61,458 bases of DNA, filler included, from Choristocarpus tenellus KU-1152 (GCA_964200185.2; 11 parts of 11 records of this genome joined end to end with filler, not necessarily neighbours in it), one strand, 5' to 3'. Counted from the whole stretch's first letter, positions 37,709 to 51,575 are shown. Notes: generated by a model not told the origin, from the letters alone. Program-made: numbers and translations.

Positions 37709-40700
37709 CCACTCCATCTTTGCACCTTGGAGACCATCAAAATATCTAGCGGTTGATATATAATTGCCCCATATAGAAACTAAAATAGTCTTGTGCAAGG
37801 TTTGTGAATTGATAACCCAACTTGATGTTGTGGTGTGGCGCACACGCCTCCGATTTTGTTAAGATACTGAGAGGCTACTGCCATGTTCTTCCTGGAAACT
37901 GTTACTGTTAACAAATGTGCTCAAGTTTTACCATTCCTAAATACCACTAAGGCAGGCACTAGTCTGGTGTGACGGTGGCACCTTGATGGAACAGTTGACT
38001 CTCAGATTATTGACACAACACGCTCAAAAGGGGGGCATTGATAACACAAGTAAAAAAAAAGAAGTGCTCTTCTAGTTTACTTACTGTATGTATGCTGCTC
38101 ATGGACAGTTGAATAAGAACGGTTGAACGGAAAAATGTCCACCCAATGTAGAATCCATTCCCAGCACAGTACCCGGACTGTTGATGAATCCAATTTAGGA
38201 AGGCTGTTGTTGAACCGAAGACATCGAGCCTGCGCCTCTTACCATGCAACAGGGGGGGAAGGGGGGGGGGGATATGTAGAGGGAGATACACATATATCTA
38301 TACAACAGTGTGTAAGTATATTATTATGCCTCTTTTTACCAGGATTTTGTTTTTTGTTGGCAACTCCTCTCGCTCGGTCTGTCGATTAAAATTGTGTCGG
38401 GCTTACGTGTGCTCACCTTTCGGCAGAGTGATGACGCAACAACTGTTGGCTGTTTTCTTTTACGGCCATCTGCTATCATCTTCTGAAGCAGGCACACGGG
38501 GTAATAAATCGTGTGATAGACCCATGGTTGAACTGTTTACTTTGTCACTTACTTCGTACTTAAATACTTCAAAATAATAATAATAATAATGATAATGTAT
38601 ACATGTATGAAAACAGTTATGAAAGGAAAAGAGTTTTCACCAAGGAAAGAATGAGCATCCCTCAAATATATAGATGTGGATACTGTGCACATGAGACGTC
38701 TCGAAAGAAGCTAAGAAATCTGGTGAAAGGTGCAGAAGAACATTAAAAATCAATGGATTAAAAAAAAAATTACATGCTTTTTTACATCCCCTTCTATTTT
38801 TTTAAAGTCTATATTCTCTTTCCGAACGGTTTCACCAGGGCAACTCTTTGGCGCTTTATTTACCTTGTACTCAGGAGCCAAGGCTGAGTCGTCAACAACA
38901 TTGCACCGTCTATTCAAACATTAGGGTGCCCTTGCTGCCTTGACAATGACTGGCACTCGTTCCATGGCCTGTTAATCATCATTAATAGCCCATCAACAAT
39001 GTCAGCACTCACACCCAGCAAAGCATATCTGAAAGACTTCATTGGAGGCCGCATACCTGTTGGCAAGAAATTACGTTTGCAGCTGCTCAATTATTCAATG
39101 CTTGAGCTTCCTTGGCAAACCAAGTCTATCAAAATCTAGATGTGTTGAAAAAAAAAGAGAAACCAAACTGTTTCTTTGTGGGGAAATATCCAAGAGTTGA
39201 TTCAACCCCAAACATAGCCTAGTGAGGGGATGAGTCACAGTAACTGAGAGGTATAAGTGGTTGCGTTATAATCATTCCCACGAATCGTCAAATAACATGT
39301 CTTTTGTGCATTAGGAAAAGGGCTATTGATGAATCACTGGTGAATTTGGGGTTATTCTCTATTCTGCATCGACTCTTTCTTCGTTTTTTGGGGCTTCTTT
39401 TGTGCACGTAGTAGAAGTTGAATCGGGCGTATTAGACAGGTAGAATATAGAGGCATACTACGCAGTATAATGCGAAACGGTTAAAATACTTACACCCATT
39501 ACGACTTGATACTTTTCCCTCCCTCTTTATCATCTATATATGACATATCCGAAGTGCTTTGTTTTCTTTTCATATAATTCACTTTTTCCCCCCATTTCTT
39601 CACATTACTACAGATAGTAAAAATTATTACATTCATATATTTTTTCTCAGGAATAATGAAGGTGTTCAAGTAAGGATCACGGTAGTGTGCCTGTGCATTC
39701 TGACTCCCTATTTTTGTATTCGTAACTTGAAGTACTTGAACTACACATCGTCCAGTTATTCCGTGTCTTAAGAGGGAGGAATATATGTGGAATACCTTAG
39801 CACCAAAGCACCATTCAGTCTCAGTAGTTTAAGGGCAGCAATTCTAACCCTGTTCATATTTGGCTCACCAATTCTGAATTAGATTTATGCACTCAGGCGT
39901 TTTCACTGGTGGACTAAAAATTCTGGAAGTGTAAGGTTTGACCCCAGGGGGTATTGAATGGTCTGGTCCTCTGTTCAGGTCTGTATCTCAGGTTGCAACT
40001 GCTAAGATTTCTTTGTTTTCCTCCGATCCTTGGGTTGACCAAGTAGGATCTCGATCCATCTCGATTCCTATAATAGTCCAACCGGGGTGATAAGATCAGT
40101 CCAAAAAAATGGTGGCAACAAGCGATGCTTGTATCAATTGTATAGTTGCTTGTAATACTCTGTTACTGAATTAATTGCAGGTGCTTCAAACCTACGAAGT
40201 GAATACTGAAGTATTGTAGTATTTACAGTAGGTAATTCTTTCTACTCTTCACCTTCATTAACACACCCTTAGACCATATCATTGCCCATAGATCAGAAGG
40301 TGGGTACATATCAAGTGCATGTACATTCAACTCGCACATATGTGCCGTCACAGAGTTATTGTACTCTGCACGGCAACAATATGAACAGAACGAGGTAGTA
40401 CTGCGAGTGAGACAAAGTAAACGAGAGGCAACCGGTTTTGGTCGTTTTGCATTTTAAGCCAGTTTTGAGCATCTTTTGCAATTCACTCATACTTGTAAGG
40501 ATGAAGAGCTAAGTTTGACTTGAGAGCTTTGATTTCTCTACTGTTTGTTGTTTGAAAATTTTCGACAGGATTCAGAAAAGTTTCATTACACATTTGTTTC
40601 GAATTTTTCCACATTTTTTTCAGCATCCTTGAAATGCAACTCTGGGCACCTCTCGTTTACTTTGGGTCAGTCTGTGTGTGTGGCACAGCTGGAGGTGATT

Positions 40701-41252
40701 ATGCATTGGTACCACCTTTCTCCAAAGACAGATCTGGTCCTCACTCGAACCTACAATACTAACGATTCAGTAACATGATTACTTTCTTTGTCTTTCCTTT
40801 CCAAACCTGTCTCCAGTGATGATGCTTGATGGTTGTGGGCAGTGCTATCTGCTGCAATGATGTAATCCCCAGCTGATCTTCTTCCACACGTAAATTTCAT
40901 GCCAACCAGTCTCCTACCTATAAAATGCGTTCTACCAATCCAGTATCCAATGGAGAATAACAACAGTTACACCAGTGATACATTTTGACTGTGTAGTTCA
41001 GTTCGTTGCTGTAGGCTCAGTCAACAAGGATCCTAACATGGTGATGTGGTCAGGGAGCTAGAGTAGGGTATCAACAATAGTATTAAATTTGTTGGCTGCT
41101 TAGACTATTTCGAACCGATCAGATTTTACTCATAATACCAGTACTATAGAATAATTCACCAGCACTATAATTCATACCACAAATAGAGGATTTTCAAAAT
41201 TGGGGATGGAGCGGGACTACGAGGATGGTTGTTTTGCGAAAACGGTCTTAAA

Positions 41253-41352
41253 NNNNNNNNNNNNNNNNNNNNNNNNNNNNNNNNNNNNNNNNNNNNTTAA
41301 TTAATTAANNNNNNNNNNNNNNNNNNNNNNNNNNNNNNNNNNNNNNNNNNNN
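41253..41352. other. Artificial assembly linker
   Basis: N44-TTAATTAATTAA-N44. Confidence 0.97.
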
Positions 41353-41431
41353 CCAAAATTACATCAAAATGGCAACATTGGATTGTGGTCCCCAAATGGA
41401 CGCGGCCCTACCCTCTAAGATATTTTAACTG
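41353..41431 (-). mobile_element. MITE family A, partial (cut by gap)
   Basis: CCCAAATGGACGCGGCCCTACCCTCTAAGATATTTTAACT end. Confidence 0.8.
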
Positions 41432-41546
41432 CACAGTTGGTTAGGAAGGCAGTCCTATTCGTACGGTTGAGGACCAACAGTAAGTGAGCGACACAAGTGT
41501 ACACGTGTGACCACAGTAGAAGATAAGGTCTGCAAGGCATACTCCA

Positions 41547-41805
41547 GAGTGAAAGTATCTTAGAGGGTACGAGTTTTGCCCTGTTTGTCCATTTGGAGCT
41601 TGGCTTCCCATGGGGTTTTTAATGATGTTTTCCTACTCCAAAATATATCAGAGTAGGTAAATTGTATACGTTATGAAAAGATGCGTCCAGAACATGGACA
41701 TTGACCCTTCCTAACAAATACGAGGGAAGAAATTACATCAAAATCGCAACATTGGATTTTGACCCCCAAATGGATGCGGCTCTACCATCTAAGATACTTT
41801 TGCTC
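41547..41805 (-). mobile_element. MITE family A
   Basis: Both TIRs; TSD TCCA. Confidence 0.9.
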
Positions 41806-41829
41806 TCCAACCTCACATTCAAGTCGAAG

Positions 41830-43850
41830 GCCACTGGTATCCTTGAAAATACAACCTGATCCACAGAAGACAAAGCAAAGCACCTACTGCACTGTCAGCC
41901 AAGTGACAATCATACAGTGTCCCGATCCAATCAAATCAACACTGTGTTAACTTATCAAATTTCGCCTGCAATGGTTCAATATAGACAAGAAGACACTGCT
42001 GACTGTCTTGCAACAGCTTTTCTCCATTGAAGCATTGCAGCGAAAATCCATCGAGTTAGCTCTGTGTTGATCGGATCAGCTCACCATCTGGGTGTGACGT
42101 AGCTGACATTGCACGAGGCGTCTTGCTTTCTCTTCTGCGAACTAGGTTGCACGCTCAGAGATACCAGTCACCATAGACTTGATTTCAAAATTGGAGTGTG
42201 CTTCCCCTCGTTCATGGCCACACCTGCACATCCGGGCTTACAGCTATCCAGCATTGCGTACAGTGCTGATTTTCCGGGGCTTATCAAGAATGATCAAGGT
42301 GCGTCTACTGTTTATGTATGGGTAGGCGACTACCATACCTACGTTCTCATCGAAGGACTGGAATCCGAGGGAGAGTGTCCAGTCTTCCGGCATATCCATC
42401 CCCACCACAGATTAATTTATTGTATCCTTAGAGGTGGACGCTTTACCTTCAACATCTTCTTTAAGCTTGTTCATGACCCTCACGACCTCTCAGGCTTGGG
42501 CGTCCATACTCGGGAGTCTGGATGAGGCATGTTGGGTAGGTGGTTGAGTTGATACAGAACACAAAGGGTCCTGGGACGGAGAGAAGAAATTTCGAATACC
42601 CACCACGCTTGATTAATCCCTCGCCCTCTTCACTCTCTATCGGTTGGGGGCAGCGAAGGGTCGGAGATCGTGAGGGCTTGAGTACATGTATGGGAATTTC
42701 TGTAACAAGACATTGAAATGTTGCAAACAATAATCATAATCTGGTTTCGATCTTCTCTCTCATCAGTGCAGCACAAGTGACCTGTGCGATTGTCAATTTA
42801 CATGCTGTTCAATGTGGCCAGATGTGACACCTTCACGGAAAATTCGTGCCCAAACTTCCACACCCAGATTGGTAATGAGCCTTCCCACATCCTTTTCACC
42901 ACACCAATTCCATGTAGGGACTGCACCAGAGATTCCTGAGTCCAATGCCATGATAGATACCGCATAGGAGCGAATGAAGCCCTGCGTTCGTACTCCTCAC
43001 AGCTTCAAACACAGAGCATATCCCTGGTTGACGTACCCAATATGACATCTTGTCCAACTACACTATCAACGAAAGAACCACCATGGAAGGCGTCTTGATC
43101 CTTCCAACGCACGGTATCGCGAATCACTTTCAAATAGAGAAGACATCGAAATATTTGCCTCCCCGCGTGTCTTGCGCGCGAGGGCAACAAATTTTCTTGA
43201 CGGTTTCTTGAGTCAATCCTCACACACTCATTAGAGAAGAGGTTGATGGTAGAGAAACTCCTGATCCAAATCGCATATTTGAACGTGGGATTGGGGAATT
43301 TGGTCAAAACACAGAGATCTTGGAGGATGCGGTGAGATCACGTCGAAATGGTACGGAAGTCGTAGACACCCAACCGCGCATCACATACTTTCAAGTAACA
43401 ACCAAGAGGGGTAAGCGTCAGTAGCTGCAACAAACAAGTGTGGTGGGTAGAGCGTCCAGAGAACATAAAAATCTATCAACAATATGTTCGGTCATGGTAT
43501 TTCATCGCACGACTTAGAAATACTTCCCCCTCACCTTTTTTTGGGGACGCATAGATAAGGTTGGAGTTGGACGCCGTGTTCGACCCAACCGACCTTCGTT
43601 CGTTGGGTATCCCGAAACTTGATTGAGTTTGAAAACTCCAAGTTGAAGCGGACAGAAATGAGTGGGCGAGAGACGTCTACACCATCACATGTTCGGCCTA
43701 TGTTACTCTTCGACTTGAATGTAAGACATATATGTGATTGGTTTTCGATAAAGGCATCATGTATTGTTGATGTATTGATGTGCTTGAATGGAACGAGACC
43801 TTGCCTCACCATTACTCACCACATAGAAATATATGTTGAATTAGATTGAT
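41830..43850 (-). pseudogene. Degenerate CACTA/EnSpm transposase (Transposase_21 + DUF4218-like)
   Basis: Collinear broken motifs: FPNPTFKYAIW...TINL..R; QDAFHGGSF; KM...QPGICSxSCE; QTPEYGRP...RVMNKLKEDVEGK (compare YGP...ERxMxxLKxxVxNK). Many stops and frameshifts. Confidence 0.55.
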
Positions 43851-45739
43851 GTGTTGGTGGTGCGAGATATTTCGAAAACACGAAGGAGCGGGTAGATTTG
43901 ATGCACCGAACAGATAGCCTCATGTTTAAAAACAACTGAACCCTGTTGGACCCTGGTGTTCATTATTTTTCCATGTGGCCAAGTGATACTGGAACTGGTC
44001 CTGGTGGTGTGATGCTGTTATTGTAAGTTGATGAGTCAGGAAATGTTCACATTTCAATGCCTTATAGTCATATTGGATGGAAGTGAGTTGTTAGCTGGCT
44101 GCAACTCTATGAATTGTTGTATTGACTGTGATTCTCACATACTCTACTTTGCCTCCCTAATGTTTCCAACCCCATATTAAAACCTGTCTCATCCACCTTA
44201 AACCAGTCAATTGTGTCACCTACACATCTTCCCTCCACTACAGAGAGGCAAACAACATCAATTACTCCACTCCATTCTCCCATCAAATCATTTTCGGGCA
44301 AAGGGAAAACAGATAATGCCAGCAGAACCGCATCATGCCGTTCTCCACTGATAAAACAACAACAGACCAAATACCATATTTGAGAAACCAGCAGGAACAC
44401 TAAGGTACAAATTGGTTTATCTGTTTTATGAGTGAGAAGTTAAACACCTACTCTTGTTGGTAATTGTATCATTGAATTCGGGATTCCTCTCCTCTTTCCC
44501 TCTCTATCATCCATGCCATTCCCTTCTTACAGACCATGACGAACACCTAGCACTTGCACCTGTCAGGAAGAAACTCAACCCTGGAATTCCTTTTTTACAA
44601 GTGCCACCCACCAAAACTGACCTTCATATATGGCGACTTTCCAAAACGAGGCAATTAGATACCCCAGCAAGAAAAGGTGAGATAAACCCCATTGTGCAGT
44701 TTGAATATATTATGTAAACTCCAGAACAGATGGTAAATAAATTACCGAATCCTGTTCAAACATTTCTGACGAAGAATATGGAGTACTTCATCTGCCTGCA
44801 CTATTTTTCCAGAGGGCATTTTATCTAGATTACTCACTCCTTACTGACAACAATAGAATGTCCCTGCTATTGAATCACAACAATTTGTCGAAGTAAAGAT
44901 AGATTCATTTCATATACACTATCTATTTTATCGTTCACAGTACACACACACCATGCTGAATTTGTTTTGAGCAGCATTGAGGAGTGAGTATATCACATAT
45001 ATTTTCAGAGTACTTGATAATGATGCGAGGACGGTCCATCCAGGTTGCTTGTTGAACACGTACATCAATCTGCGACATACCCATGATATTGTCAAAGGTT
45101 AGAGGAAACATGATTATGTTTTCTGTTTCTTTTTATACATTTTATCTGTATCTGAGCTCCTTCACTCACTGCACTTGTGGAGGGGACTGCCACTCCTCTT
45201 TTTGTTGATGTTGGGACCCTGAGTTTCTCGAAGGACTCCACTGTTTTCCGGGCATAAAATGCATGTATTTGTTAAACATTCATACATTAATTTTCTCTTT
45301 TTTTCTTTTTTCCACACAAGAGGGTAATCTCCTTCTATTCAATAAAGAACTTGATAAACGTATTCCTTATGTATAGTATATATTACGTAGGAAGTTTTGT
45401 TTATATAATACAAGTGGAAGTCATGGATGATAAAGTGTAGACAGCAAAGCATAAATATAGGATGTATTAACAGATAACACAGTGTTTTTGAGATTCATGG
45501 AGGAAACTATCCCATCATTCTGAGCACAGCACAGAAAATATAATCCTAACCAAAAAGGAATATTCTGGTCAAATGTCGATCCTCAATTAGGGTTTTTAAG
45601 GAAGCTGTGTGGTAGACCCTCTTGGTACTTGTATCGGATGCAATACATGAAGAAGTGACGTGACAAACAAAGGAGAACCTCATTCCTTCTGTAGTCAACA
45701 CTCAATGCCCAAACGATAGTTACCTCTAAAGAAGTGTTA

Positions 45740-45997
45740 GAGTCAAAGTATCTTAGAGGGTAGAGCCGTGTCCACTTGGGGGCCAGAATCCAATGTTGTG
45801 ATTTTGATGTGATTTTGGCTTTCGTGTTTGTTGGAAAGTGTCAATATTCTTGTTCCGGACACACATTTTCATAACGTACACATTTACCTACTCCGAAACA
45901 TTTTGGAGTAGGAAAATGTCATAAAAAAAAACATGGGAAGCCAAGCACCAAACGGACAAACCTGGCAAAATTCGAACCCTCTAAGATACTTTAACTC
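45740..45997 (+). mobile_element. MITE family A
   Basis: Both TIRs; flanks TTA/TTA. Confidence 0.9.
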
Positions 45998-46136
45998 TTA
46001 ACTGTGGGTTTCGTACCTACCTCACTAATATCAATATATATATGTATGTTACTTCAACTCCAAACTCCTTCCTCTATATACTCAATATATGTATATACTG
46101 AGAATATTACATATACTTTTTTCACATCCATGTATT

Positions 46137-46206
46137 GGGTCAAAGTATCTGGGGGTGGTGGTTTGTGAGGGGGCGTCCGTTTCGGTCAAACAACTCTTCT
46201 TTTGCT
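46137..46206 (+). mobile_element. MITE family B-like end (cut by gap)
   Basis: GGGTCAAAGTATCTGGGGG. Confidence 0.6.
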
Positions 46207-46306
46207 NNNNNNNNNNNNNNNNNNNNNNNNNNNNNNNNNNNNNNNNNNNNTTAATTAATTAANNNNNNNNNNNNNNNNNNNNNNNNNNNNNNNNNNNNNN
46301 NNNNNN
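46207..46306. other. Artificial assembly linker
   Basis: N44-TTAATTAATTAA-N44. Confidence 0.97.
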
Positions 46307-49213
46307 GTACTTGACGATCTGGGTCACAGCTCTCCAGTGGGCATGACTTGGAGCATGTGAATGACGGGCAACAGTTCTTACTGCATTAGCCACATCTGAC
46401 CTGGTCATGTTGCTGAACCACATCAACCCTCCAGCTGCCTCTCAGAAGAGACAATCCTTTGAGATATTGTCCCCCTCCCTAATCCCAAGCTTTCTGGAAG
46501 GGGTTGCCGGGATGGGACTGGTTAGTTAGATGGAAAACCATTCACACAAGTTGTCAGTGTAGTTAGTCTGGGCAATGGAGAGGGTACCACGCTTCCAATC
46601 TCTTGTTTAAGCGCAACCAGAAAACTGAGACAGTTAGCCAAGGTTTTTGGTGGAAACCCTTCATTTAGGGAAGCACAATTATCATTACAATCATCACCAG
46701 ACGCCAAAGTCACCATATCATCTACACATGAACAGCAAGCATCATTTTGACACCATCCCTCCTGAGTTTAAATATACACGGGTCAATCAGGTACTGCTCA
46801 AAACCATTGCGCTAAGTGTGCAAACCAGCTTGGTACTCCAAGTTCTAGAGGCTTGCTTTAAACCATACATGGACCTGTGAAGGCGAACGGTCGTATAGGA
46901 GAGATCTCCATATCCCTGTCGGAGGAGCATGTACACTTCCTCATCCAAGTCAGATTGAATGAACAAATATGCATGCTCCACATCTTGGTGCCACAAGGTC
47001 AAGTCCAAGTCACATGCCATACTGGCCATCAGCCAAACTGATGAGGAGGAAGGAGTGCGGGCAGAGGTCTCGAAATAATCAAGACCATACTTCTGATCAA
47101 GACCCTGAGCAAGTAACTTAGCCTTAGACCCATTAAACATTTCAAAAGAGTCACTCTTCCACTTGAACTCCCACTTGGAACCAATGGCCTTACGACCCAG
47201 AGGCACATCTGTAGCACTGAAGGTACTTGCGTCCAACAAACCATGGAACTCCTTAGACAAGAGGCCTCTTCCCACACCGACCAGTATTCAGACTTTTAAG
47301 CCTCAGCATAAAATTGAGGTGCTGATCCCAACTTAGAAACAAGACGACCATGCAGGGGGGTGCTGTACAGCCAAGGCATAAGCAACATGTTGCCTTTCTA
47401 CACTAGCAATAAGATACATCACATTACCAACACCTGCACTCCCTTAAGCTCTGGCATGAGTTTTCTGTCTAGCCCTACCCAACTCAGCGCAAGGTTCATG
47501 GAATGGGTTGGGAAGAAAGTCTTCCAGGTGGCGAGCTGCAGTACGGGCAGCGGTTGGGTCAGCACCTGCCTGAGGCAAGTGCTGTGAACTTAAGGATGAG
47601 ACATATCCTACACTCCCTTCACCATCTCGGGTAGTGTCTCTGGACAGACTTATGTCAACCTGAATTCCCTTCCCATCACCAGGGGAAGGGTCAACAGCCA
47701 GATCCTTGACAATCTGACCTACACTCCCTTCACCAGGGGGAGGATCATTAGTCAGACTGTCTCCTTTGATACCAAAGGATGGCCTCTCACCTAGAACAAA
47801 CCTGTCCTCACTTCCGTCGCTACAGGAAGAGTTGTCAGAGAGGGATAGAGTGGAGGAGCGACATGAACAAATAGATTGTGCATCTAATGGTGAGTCACCT
47901 GCTTTGGGATGGGAGAGCTCGTCCTCGGAACGAGGGTCTGCATCAAGCCCCCCCTCCACCTTTAGCAAAGCAGGCGCAACCTCTCTTACTGGGGCAAGAC
48001 TGAGGTCTGTCTTTGGGGATAGTAACACAGGGGAAACGTAGTGGAACTTGAAGGCGGGTAGCTAATGAAGCTTCATCAATAATAGCCAGCATGTGTTCAG
48101 CAACCCCATTAAATTGAGTGCTGTCTGCAGGTGTAAACTCCTGTTTTATCCCACGATCACGGCAAAGAGTGCCGAAAGCACCCTTATAAAATTCTCCACA
48201 TTATCAGACCGCACGCACATGACCCGAGAGGGAGTACCATCAGCCCGGTATATCGGCCAGGTACTTCTTAAAGGCTTCGGCAGCATCCTGTGCAAATTTA
48301 CGTTGGGAGGAAATGCTGTTTGTCAGTAGAAAAGACAAGAAGGTGTGAAGCCTCACACGACCCCCTTTGCTGAACGTGATTACATGGTTGAAATTAGAAG
48401 AGTGACCTTTGAGGGGTGTCTTTTCATTGCTTGTTTATTATTTATTTGTGCGTCCTATCTAAGTCAACCGTTATGTCAAAGTAGTTGAATGCGGAATAAA
48501 TACCAATACATAATCCCATACATAATCCGGGTGTACTATCTCATTAATTACATCACATGGACTCAATTCAACACAAAAATCTCATATACACAAAATAAGG
48601 TATACTTCACTATTGTCCTATTTTGCACACATCCGACTTAGCACGAAGGAAATACAACCAAACAAAACGAGAATAGTCGTCCCGGATTATCATGGTGTAT
48701 TGTTTACCACTGATTGAAAGGGTAGCCCTCTTACCACTTAGATCGACAAAAAACCCGACCCAGCTTTTGTGCAAAATAGGACAATAGTGAGATGTACCTT
48801 GTTTTGTGTATGAGAGACGTAACTAATGAGATAATACATCCGGATTATGAACGGGAAGATTTATGGGTTTTTACTCTGCATTTAACTGCTTTGACATAAC
48901 TGTTGAATTATGTATGAGACACAAATAATAATAAAACAAGCAATGAGAAGACACCCCACAAAGGTCACTCTTCTAATCTGATCCATTCTTTCACGTTCAG
49001 CACAGAGGATCGTGTGAGGCTTCACACCTTCTTGTCTTCACTACTGATAAATAGCATTACCTCCCAAGGTAAATTGCACAGCTTTCTCACCGGCCTTGTA
49101 GACGTGCTGGATCAGATGCCCTTCTTTTTACCCTTTCTCGTAGAGCAGCCTGCGCATGACTCCAGCTCACCCACCAATGTAATGCCCATTGAAGTGGCAG
49201 TGGACTTAAGCAA
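46307..49213 (-). mobile_element. Ty1/Copia pol relic (GAG-pre-integrase Zn finger, integrase, RT), interrupted by a foldback element
   Basis: ESCAGC at ~49140-49160; VRSDN...RGIKQEFT...QFNGVAE at ~48090-48220; RVT_2 at 46787-47275 (AIGSKWEFKWK...KAKLLAQG...DVEHAY...LDEEVYM...YGLKQASRTW). Confidence 0.88.
48288..49081. mobile_element. ~0.8-kb foldback element (long imperfect inverted repeats)
   Basis: ~48288-48630 is the reverse complement of ~48765-49081, e.g. GACAAGAAGGTGTGAAGCCTCACACGA / TCGTGTGAGGCTTCACACCTTCTTGTC. Confidence 0.88.
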
Positions 49214-49253
49214 GGCTCAAAGTATCTGGGAGGGAGTGGCTGCTGTCCATTTG
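49214..49253 (-). mobile_element. MITE family B end (cut by gap)
   Basis: GGCTCAAAGTATCTGGGAGGGAGTGGCTGCTGTCCATTTG. Confidence 0.7.
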
Positions 49254-49353
49254 NNNNNNNNNNNNNNNNNNNNNNNNNNNNNNNNNNNNNNNNNNNNTTA
49301 ATTAATTAANNNNNNNNNNNNNNNNNNNNNNNNNNNNNNNNNNNNNNNNNNNN
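49254..49353. other. Artificial assembly linker
   Basis: N44-TTAATTAATTAA-N44. Confidence 0.97.
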
Positions 49354-49406
49354 CCCTGCCCCCCTTTTTTCCCTTTGTTGTGGGGGGGGGCGAGGCCCAC
49401 AAGCGT

Positions 49407-49556
49407 GGGGGGGGGGGGGGGGGTTTGGGGTCTGTACCAGGGCGTCCATTTGGGTCATAACCAGGAAAAGTGCACTTACATTATCCATCTGACGTATGCA
49501 ACCAAATCACACAAAAATCGCGACATGAAAAAATTGACCCCAAATGGACAGCCGCC

Positions 49557-49592
<36 letters not shown>

Positions 49593-49606
49593 AGATACTT
49601 TGAGCC
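49407..49606 (+). mobile_element. MITE family B with expanded G/C runs
   Basis: Matches 27576-27751; ends CCAGATACTTTGAGCC. Confidence 0.82.
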
Positions 49607-51005
49607 CTCGACTCGAACAAGGGGTCCTCATCCTCATGGCAACCTTCACACCTTTCCACCCACAAACACACAAAACACACAAACAATAGGTTCTCTTGAT
49701 ACAGGAAAGACCTAATGCCCCAGTTCGCAGTACTGCAGGCGGGCCTCTATGTGTGGTTCACCAGTTGGAGCAGTTTTCAACCCTTTCTTACATTTTCTTT
49801 TGGGTTATAGAACAAGCACAACATACCATAAATACTACAATTAAAAGAAAAAATCCCTGTATCTATTGTGTTTGCACAAGTCACTTTTTTCTTATCAATT
49901 TAGAGACTTTTTTTTTTTTTAATCTTTTATCGTTCTCCGTCCGTGAATTCTACAACAAAATGTGTTTTTTTTTTTTCTATCAGTACCCCCCCCGGTAATT
50001 TCCCGAATTTTACCAGTTTACAATCACATTTTCTGTTCTGTTTTTCAGTTACGGATCGTATCGCGCACATCTTTTTTTTTTACCTCACACACAATGCAAC
50101 TTTTTTTTTTTTTGCAAATGTTACACGATGCTTTTTCTTTTTTTGGGGGGGGAAATTGCTAAAAAGCTAAACTTGCTGAGTGTTCCGTGATACACCAAAA
50201 TCAAGTACTCCAATCGCATTTGTTACTGTTTCTGGACTCCTAGCCGTCCGTACCTTCAATACGTACGTACCTCTCATACTGACATCATTTTATTTATTTT
50301 TGTAGATGATGTGTACTTGGCCCCAATAACCTCTGCCATCTCATCAACCAACGCGTGCATTAACTATGCCGTACCTACAACAGTAGCATTAATACCGATT
50401 CGGGTGTCTACAGTAGTGCGCTCTACATTCACTGCTCTTGAAGGCGTTTACGTCCCCACCCACCCACCCACCCAGCCTTGCTGACGTAATTGCACGGGCT
50501 GGGAAGGCGTTTGTGTATACTTGAGTGCTGTGTGGGGGGTGCTGCAAAAAAGACATATTTTCGAGTTGATGGATGCCCTGTTGCTGCCCTGGCATGGTCC
50601 CCTGCTTCAAGAGCACCTTCCAGTACCGTAGTTGATTGTGCTGTAAGTCAAAAGGGTCAGTCGCAACAGGTGTTAAGAACACTTCTCATGTCCCTGGTTA
50701 CCAACCTCTTTTTTTTGAAGTTTTCTGCAGCCGTGTTGAGTTTTTTTTTTTTTTTTCCTGTCCCATGCCCTACCCAACCAAAGAAGTAGTAGCGCATTTC
50801 CCGACGGAATCTCAACAGAGCTGTGTATTCATTATTTCTATTTTTGTTAGTATGCAATAATAGTTTTTTTTTTCGAATGGTGCTCACTCAAGCACGTACA
50901 TAGATACAGGTTGTTCTCAAGTACATACGTGAAGTGCATGTGGTGTGTATATACTTAGTAGAAATGCTTTAAAGAAAATATGTACTTCCAAATTATTATT
51001 TTGCT

Positions 51006-51039
<34 letters not shown>

Positions 51040-51263
51040 ATGTATATGTAGTACATACATACGTTGGACAAATTGTCTCGACACTGGTGGAGTGGTGTTG
51101 AGGAGGTGTTGGTTGGTTTGTGATCACAAGCGCCGTGTCGCCTGATGTGCTGTTCATTGTGAGGTGATCTCTAACTAGTACATGAAGGGTTTCAAATCAC
51201 TTCTTTGTTCTGGAATCCATTAGCATTCAAAACATACCTGTGCGTGATGAATGCTTCGTGCAG

Positions 51264-51373
51264 ATTACTGGGGGAATAACAAATGTCATTTTCAAGGCCA
51301 AGAATGCCCAAAGCGGGAAAGGTGCTCTGGTAAGGATCTATGGAAAGGATACTGACCTCCTCTTGGACCGAAG
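51264..51373 (+). CDS. Exon of a choline/ethanolamine kinase
   Basis: AG|ITGGITNVIFKAKNAQSGKGALVRIYGKDTDLLLDR|GT, containing the GGITN and LVRIYG..T...DR motifs typical of ethanolamine kinases; other exons not confidently found. Confidence 0.82.
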
Positions 51374-51391
51374 GTAGGAACAGTAAGATGG

Positions 51392-51575
51392 TTATGTATG
51401 TTATGTATGTATATTATGTATGTATGTATGTTATGTATGTGTGTTATGTATGTTACGTATGTGTGGAATGTATGTATGTTATGTATGTGTGGTGGAATGT
51501 ATGTATGTTATGTATGTGTGGTGGAATGTATGTATGTTAGGTATGTATGTTGTGTATGTATGTATATTATGTATG
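51392..51575. repeat. Compound (TATG)n-based microsatellite
   Basis: TATG/TATGT units with a ~29-nt higher period (GTGGAATGTATGTATGTTATGTATGTGTG). Confidence 0.85.

Noticed and set aside
9701-43850. Fanzor/TnpB nuclease inside the mariner or CACTA relics
   Set aside because: I saw no ordered RuvC motifs (D-P-G, E..TS..C..C, RD.N) in the supplied ORFs or in the frames I read. A profile search would be needed to exclude a highly decayed copy.
40-49081. RDR plus foldback plus satellite as one linked silencing locus
   Set aside because: They are on different contigs separated by artificial linkers.
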